Positions 59,410-64,000 of a stretch of DNA of 64,000 nt are shown piece after piece. Position 1 is the stretch's first letter. Each line of letters starts with the position of its first letter. The DNA is from Tubiluchus corallicola (lineage: Eukaryota > Animalia > Priapulida), in the NCBI GenBank assembly GCA_030141605.1, contig JAQGDQ010000033.1, forward strand, positions 310,001-374,000, given 5' to 3'. The position numbers and the translations under genes are program-made. The notes beneath the pieces were generated by a model that saw only the letters and a program-made list of their open reading frames with translations, was not told the origin of the DNA and searched no databases.

Positions 59410-62400
59410 CTAAGAAACACGTTAAGAAATAAAACATTTTGAAACATCAACAAGACAATGTGAACTGATGGTGGCCTATGCTGTTAATTGTTATATCTTT
59501 GCTGGCCAGGTTTTTATAAGACCTTTATTAAGGCACATGCATTTGGGTATAATTCGCTATTTTAATCTTACCACTGACCATTTGAAGAACTTTGTTATGT
59601 TCAATGCAGATTGAAGATGCACCATACCTATTCTACTGACTTAAATTAGCCCTTGGGTTTCAAATAACTTCTTCAAAAATGAACTTAATTATAGATTTTT
59701 AAATACTTTGAGAGCTGCTTGATAAGACTGCAAAGTTCTGTCGAAAATCCACTCTTGCACCTCCACTGACTCAAAATCAACTGTCTGTGTCAAGCCATTT
59801 AGGTTTTGAGAACACAAAGTAGGATAATTTTCTGTGGCGTAGCAAAACTATTGTAAAAAGTAAATTCTGCAAATCACTACAAAATCAGTTGACAGGTGGC
59901 ACCTGAGCAAATACATGTATTACCATAATAGACATTTAATAAATTGCAATTTCCAGAAATTTTGACAAAAAGTAAAAAAAGTTGTTAAAAGATCATCAGA
60001 CTCTAATAACACTGGATTTGTCATGCCTGCTGCACAAAGCAAACCAAATGGCTCTGTAGTTTGTACAGAACATGCCGTTTCAAAAAATAATAGCAGAATG
60101 TCTGTGCTCAAGAATAATAACAGCAATATCTTCAATAGAAAGTTCCAAACTAGAGATGATGTAGTTTATTTATAATTAAATTTAAACAAAGTTGACTGTA
60201 ATTCAAAGTCTTCAATTAAGTATTGTAGAACAATGTGTTCGAAGTTATGTATGAAACGTAAGCAACTATGTGGACATACAGGCTCACGCTGACTGCCCAT
60301 GGTTTTTCAGAATGCCACCAAAGCCCTTGTAAGTATTCTAATTTTTAGGATTGTCTTTTTGAAACCAAATGTCATGCATATCTTTAAAAAAGACTAGCTA
60401 TACCAGCATTCAGAAAAAAATGCCTTGGTAGCTGCAAAAAGTGCCAACAGATGCTAAAAACATACTAGACATACTAAAAACCCGAATGATAATGCTATTT
60501 GATTACAAAAGGCAAAAGGATACTTAAGTCAACGCTTGGTACAACACTAAATCCGAAAGATTTTCCAACTTTGGTTAAATCCAATGTGTGAACATCGTAA
60601 ATTTGTTTCAGACTGTGCGAGTCGTATGCGCGCACGTATGACTTGTACGCTTCCTTAGCTGATTTGTGAAGAAAATAGTTCTTGGAAATCAACTTTTCAA
60701 GCTGAAAAATCCAAAAATAACTGAAATGAGCTTAGTAAACATAAGCTTACTAAATAAGTGTCTGATGATTACAATAACTATACTCAAAGCTCAGCCTTAT
60801 TGTCATACTGACCTGGGCTTGTATATCAGACACTTTGCTCCAAGAAAACTCAAACTCATTCATAGGCACTTTAGCTTGCTTTAAATATCTCAAAAAGCCT
60901 AGCTCCTCTGGTCGTAAAATGAGTAATGCGTGTCCAACTCCACCCTCCCCTCTAGCCGTTCTCCCCACTCTATGGATGTACTCCTATGAAAAAAAATAAA
61001 AAATAATTTCCCAGGGCATTTATTACCATTGTATTAACTTATAATATAATATTACATATTATATACAGCATTATAGTAGACATTTATATATATATATTCA
61101 TTATATTTATATATATACATAAATGTCTACTATAATGATAGTAGACATTTATATATATGTGTATATATAATGCTGTCTACTATAATGCTGTAAATACTCG
61201 ACATACTAATCGCTAGACTTTCGGTTACTGTTAACATGAATTAAACGTCTTATAAAAGAAGATATTATTTTGGGTGTAATATATATCAATGGTATTGTGG
61301 TTGACTTGGTGTTGCAAATTAGATCTAGTTCTATTTCTCCATTTAGAAAACCGAATCTGCATTGTAATATTACGAAAAAAGCATTTTCTTTTAAAATTTA
61401 AATAATATACAAACCTTAGGATCATCTGGCGGATCATACTGCACAATCCAGTCCACTTGTGGAATGTCTAGACCTCTAGCAGCTACATCTGTACATAGCA
61501 GAATACCCTCCTTTGCATTACAAAACTCAAAAAATGTTTGTGTTCTCTTTATCTGCTTCTGTTTCCCCTAAGAAATGTAAAAAAGTAGGATGCTTGTTAA
61601 CAAATGTCAAATACCACTCACACTGACACTTGTCTCTGTTATAAAAATTAGTCACCTAGAACGGTTAGTTTATAAAAACTGTGGTATTACTCAAATTTTC
61701 TATAGTTATCATATATGAGGTGTATAATATTATTAAAAACAGCAAACTCTGTGTAATTTGGATGGCTGGGGACGAAAAAAAAAACAGTCAAAGTTGCATA
61801 ATAAACCAAGTTCGGTGAACATGCATCTTAGAGCAAGCATGTAATTATTTATACAAACGGGAATCTGCTTCATGGCCAATGTTACTTAGTTTGCTTTAAA
61901 ATAATTAACTGTTGACTGACTCCATTTGTTTTGAATAATCTATTTAGAAAATGCCTTGCACTAGAGGCAGTTACACACCCACCACAAATTTGAAAACTTG
62001 AAGCAAGGTTTACATACTGGCATGCACACATAAAAACACTATCTGCATTTACTCCAAAAGATAATCTGTCCTGAAACCGACAGTTGAAGTACTCGAAACA
62101 ATTTTGCAGCCAGAAATTTCAGCTTTGTCATTTTATTAAGAGCAGAATCAGTGACTTCCTGACATACATATTTTTCAAGAAACAAGGCAATTTACACATA
62201 TCACATGCAAAAATATCGTAACATTTATTGATTAATTTTCTGGTTGGTTTTATACCCCTACTGACAGGACATCTAGGAAAAGTGTGCAACATTGTATTGA
62301 CAATGTTTCTGATGTCCAAGGTAAGCAGAACAAATACAATTATAGATTTTGTATAAACTATTCCCCTAAAAATACAGTAATCTATGGATAATTCGAGCAT

Positions 62401-64000
62401 CTCGGGTACCAGAAATTTGTTTGAGTTAAGCGATAGTACACGACAGATGTTCGTAAGAAAACAAGATTGGGTCATTCATCAACGTTCACCAATACACTAC
62501 AGCCTGTCAAAATTACAAACTGAAACTTTAGTCAAATATCAGATAACACTTTTTTATGAATAATCAAAAATAAAATGTGTAGTCCTCCTCTATTGTAGTC
62601 TGGGTAGCATGGTTAATAGAATTCGGCAATAATAATATTGTGATCTACATTAAACCACGTTCTTTAAGCCGTATTGCATACAGCGTTATACTAAGGTAAT
62701 ATAGGAAGTCAGCATTTTTGGTGAAACTAGCAGTTCAAATCGTAATGTGGTGCATACTTTTGCGTATGATTTCTCGCTTGGGCAGCTGTTCAAGATAGAT
62801 GAGGTAATTTCAATCAAATTCTTAAGAATTGTACCTGGAATTCGGTTCAAGTTACGTGATAATTCGAGTTATACGTAGTTTATTGTACTGAATTTGGTAA
62901 TGTACTAAGTTAAAAATATAGAGTTTGCAATTGCTTTAAGCATCAGAAACAAATCCATTCTACCAAATCTGTCAGAGCTGAATGATATTCCAGATTACAC
63001 AGTACTGAATTATGCAGAGTCTGCTGTATTAAATTAAAAATGACCTTAATAATGCATGTGCAACAGATCGCAGACTCATGACACTTCTGTTAACAGTTAA
63101 CTCAATTATCAATTCCTTCCAAAGAAAAGTGATAGTAACAGTAAGCTGAATAATGATGGGAAGAAGTAAGAAATCAGATGTTTTACTACTTTTAAAATTT
63201 AAAGAGCTAAATCACATTACTGTGAATAAACAGTACAGTTAGTGAGCACAATAAGCCGAGGAACCTATTCATAAATAACATACTAATGATAACATAAATT
63301 ACACCAAACTATATAGAAATGCATAGAACTGTAAAGACCATGTTTAATATATATGTTGACAAATGCTTACATGAATGGCACGGACAGGCAAGTCTATATA
63401 ATTCAGCAATTCATAGTGGTACTTGACAGACATACAAGACGAAAGAAAAACCATAACTTTCTTCTTTCGGTTCTTCTTTAAAAAAGTAAATAACAGAAGA
63501 AATCTTTTTTCTGATGGGCAAACTACATAGCCCTGAAAAGCAGAAATTATATTAGCAATGCCTAATGTATAAAAGAAATATAGATTAACTTATTAAAACA
63601 ATGTAATATATAATCTTTATGATTATGCAGTATAAAAACGAATATTATGTAAAATGTCATCAGAGCAATGTACTGTACTTTTCAGGAAAGGACGGCAAGT
63701 TTGTAAGAAAAATAAATAGCAATTGTACAGACACAAAAAAGAAAAGCAAACAGAAATTTGTAAATTCTAGGTAAAAACCTTTATGTATTCTCATTAAAAA
63801 CTTTATGAACACTTCCCAAATTTCACTGTTAATAGTTAATCAAATAGCCAAACATGCACTACAAAGATTAAAAGTTAAAAGTGGGAAATAATATTGCATA
63901 ATCAACTGTGGATCATATGCAGACAGTAAACAGCCTAATGATGTGCAAAGAGAGTCTCACTTGTTCCAGACCATCCACAGTGGCCATTTCCCTGTCATCA
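59273..64000 (-). CDS. DDX18: ATP-dependent RNA helicase DDX18/HAS1, 3' part of spliced gene (5' end outside window)
   Basis: Exons 64000-63961, 63532-63371, 61567-61415, 60983-60813, 60701-60524, 59409-59273. Motifs [61 protein letters not shown]. Confidence 0.96.
59410..60523 (-). other. U12-type (minor spliceosome) GT-AG intron of DDX18
   Basis: Donor GTATCCTTTT; branch-site-like TTCTTAAC about 11 nt before the 3' end; little polypyrimidine tract. Confidence 0.88.
60524..60701 (-). CDS. DDX18: DDX18 exon, C-terminal extension
   Basis: [37 protein letters not shown]...PSVDL. Confidence 0.95.
60813..60983 (-). CDS. DDX18: DDX18 exon, helicase motif VI
   Basis: [40 protein letters not shown]...DIQAQ. 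Confidence 0.95.
61064..61192. repeat. AT-rich nested palindrome in a DDX18 intron
   Basis: TACAGCATTATAGTAGACA...TGTCTACTATAATGCTGTA perfect 19-bp arms, plus internal extra arms and TA tracts. Confidence 0.85.
61415..61567 (-). CDS. DDX18: DDX18 exon, helicase motif V
   Basis: [51 protein letters not shown]. Confidence 0.95.
63371..63532 (-). CDS. DDX18: DDX18 exon
   Basis: [54 protein letters not shown]. Confidence 0.95.
63961..64000 (-). CDS. DDX18: DDX18 exon, truncated by window edge
   Basis: [13 protein letters not shown]|gtgag. Confidence 0.9.

Noticed and set aside
61568-63370. Search for intronic snoRNAs in DDX18, and the 115-aa ORF at 62128-62475
   Set aside because: No properly spaced C/D box pair with a terminal stem was found, and the ORF shows no recognisable motif.

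Overview
AT-rich genomic DNA from an intron-containing animal, probably an invertebrate; the species cannot be determined from the sequence. I could splice three genes by hand with consistent intron phases. (1) A TRPA-family channel on the minus strand (about 33264 to 908): 23 coding exons, 17 ankyrin repeats, 6 TM segments and a TRP-like helix. Its 3' end probably lies left of the window, and it has several candidate alternative first exons. (2) An ankyrin + SOCS-box (ASB-like) gene on the plus strand with two coding exons (46508-46705, 54266-54958). (3) The 3' half of DDX18/HAS1 on the minus strand (64000 to 59273), whose last intron is U12-type. Two intronless olfactory-receptor-like class A GPCR paralogues, one clearly pseudogenised, sit antisense inside a single TRPA intron. 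Introns and intergenic DNA carry many MITEs, RTE-like LINE relics, a Penelope-like RT relic, a small internally deleted Gypsy element with 85-bp LTRs, local duplications and microsatellites. All coordinates were read by eye and no database searches were run.
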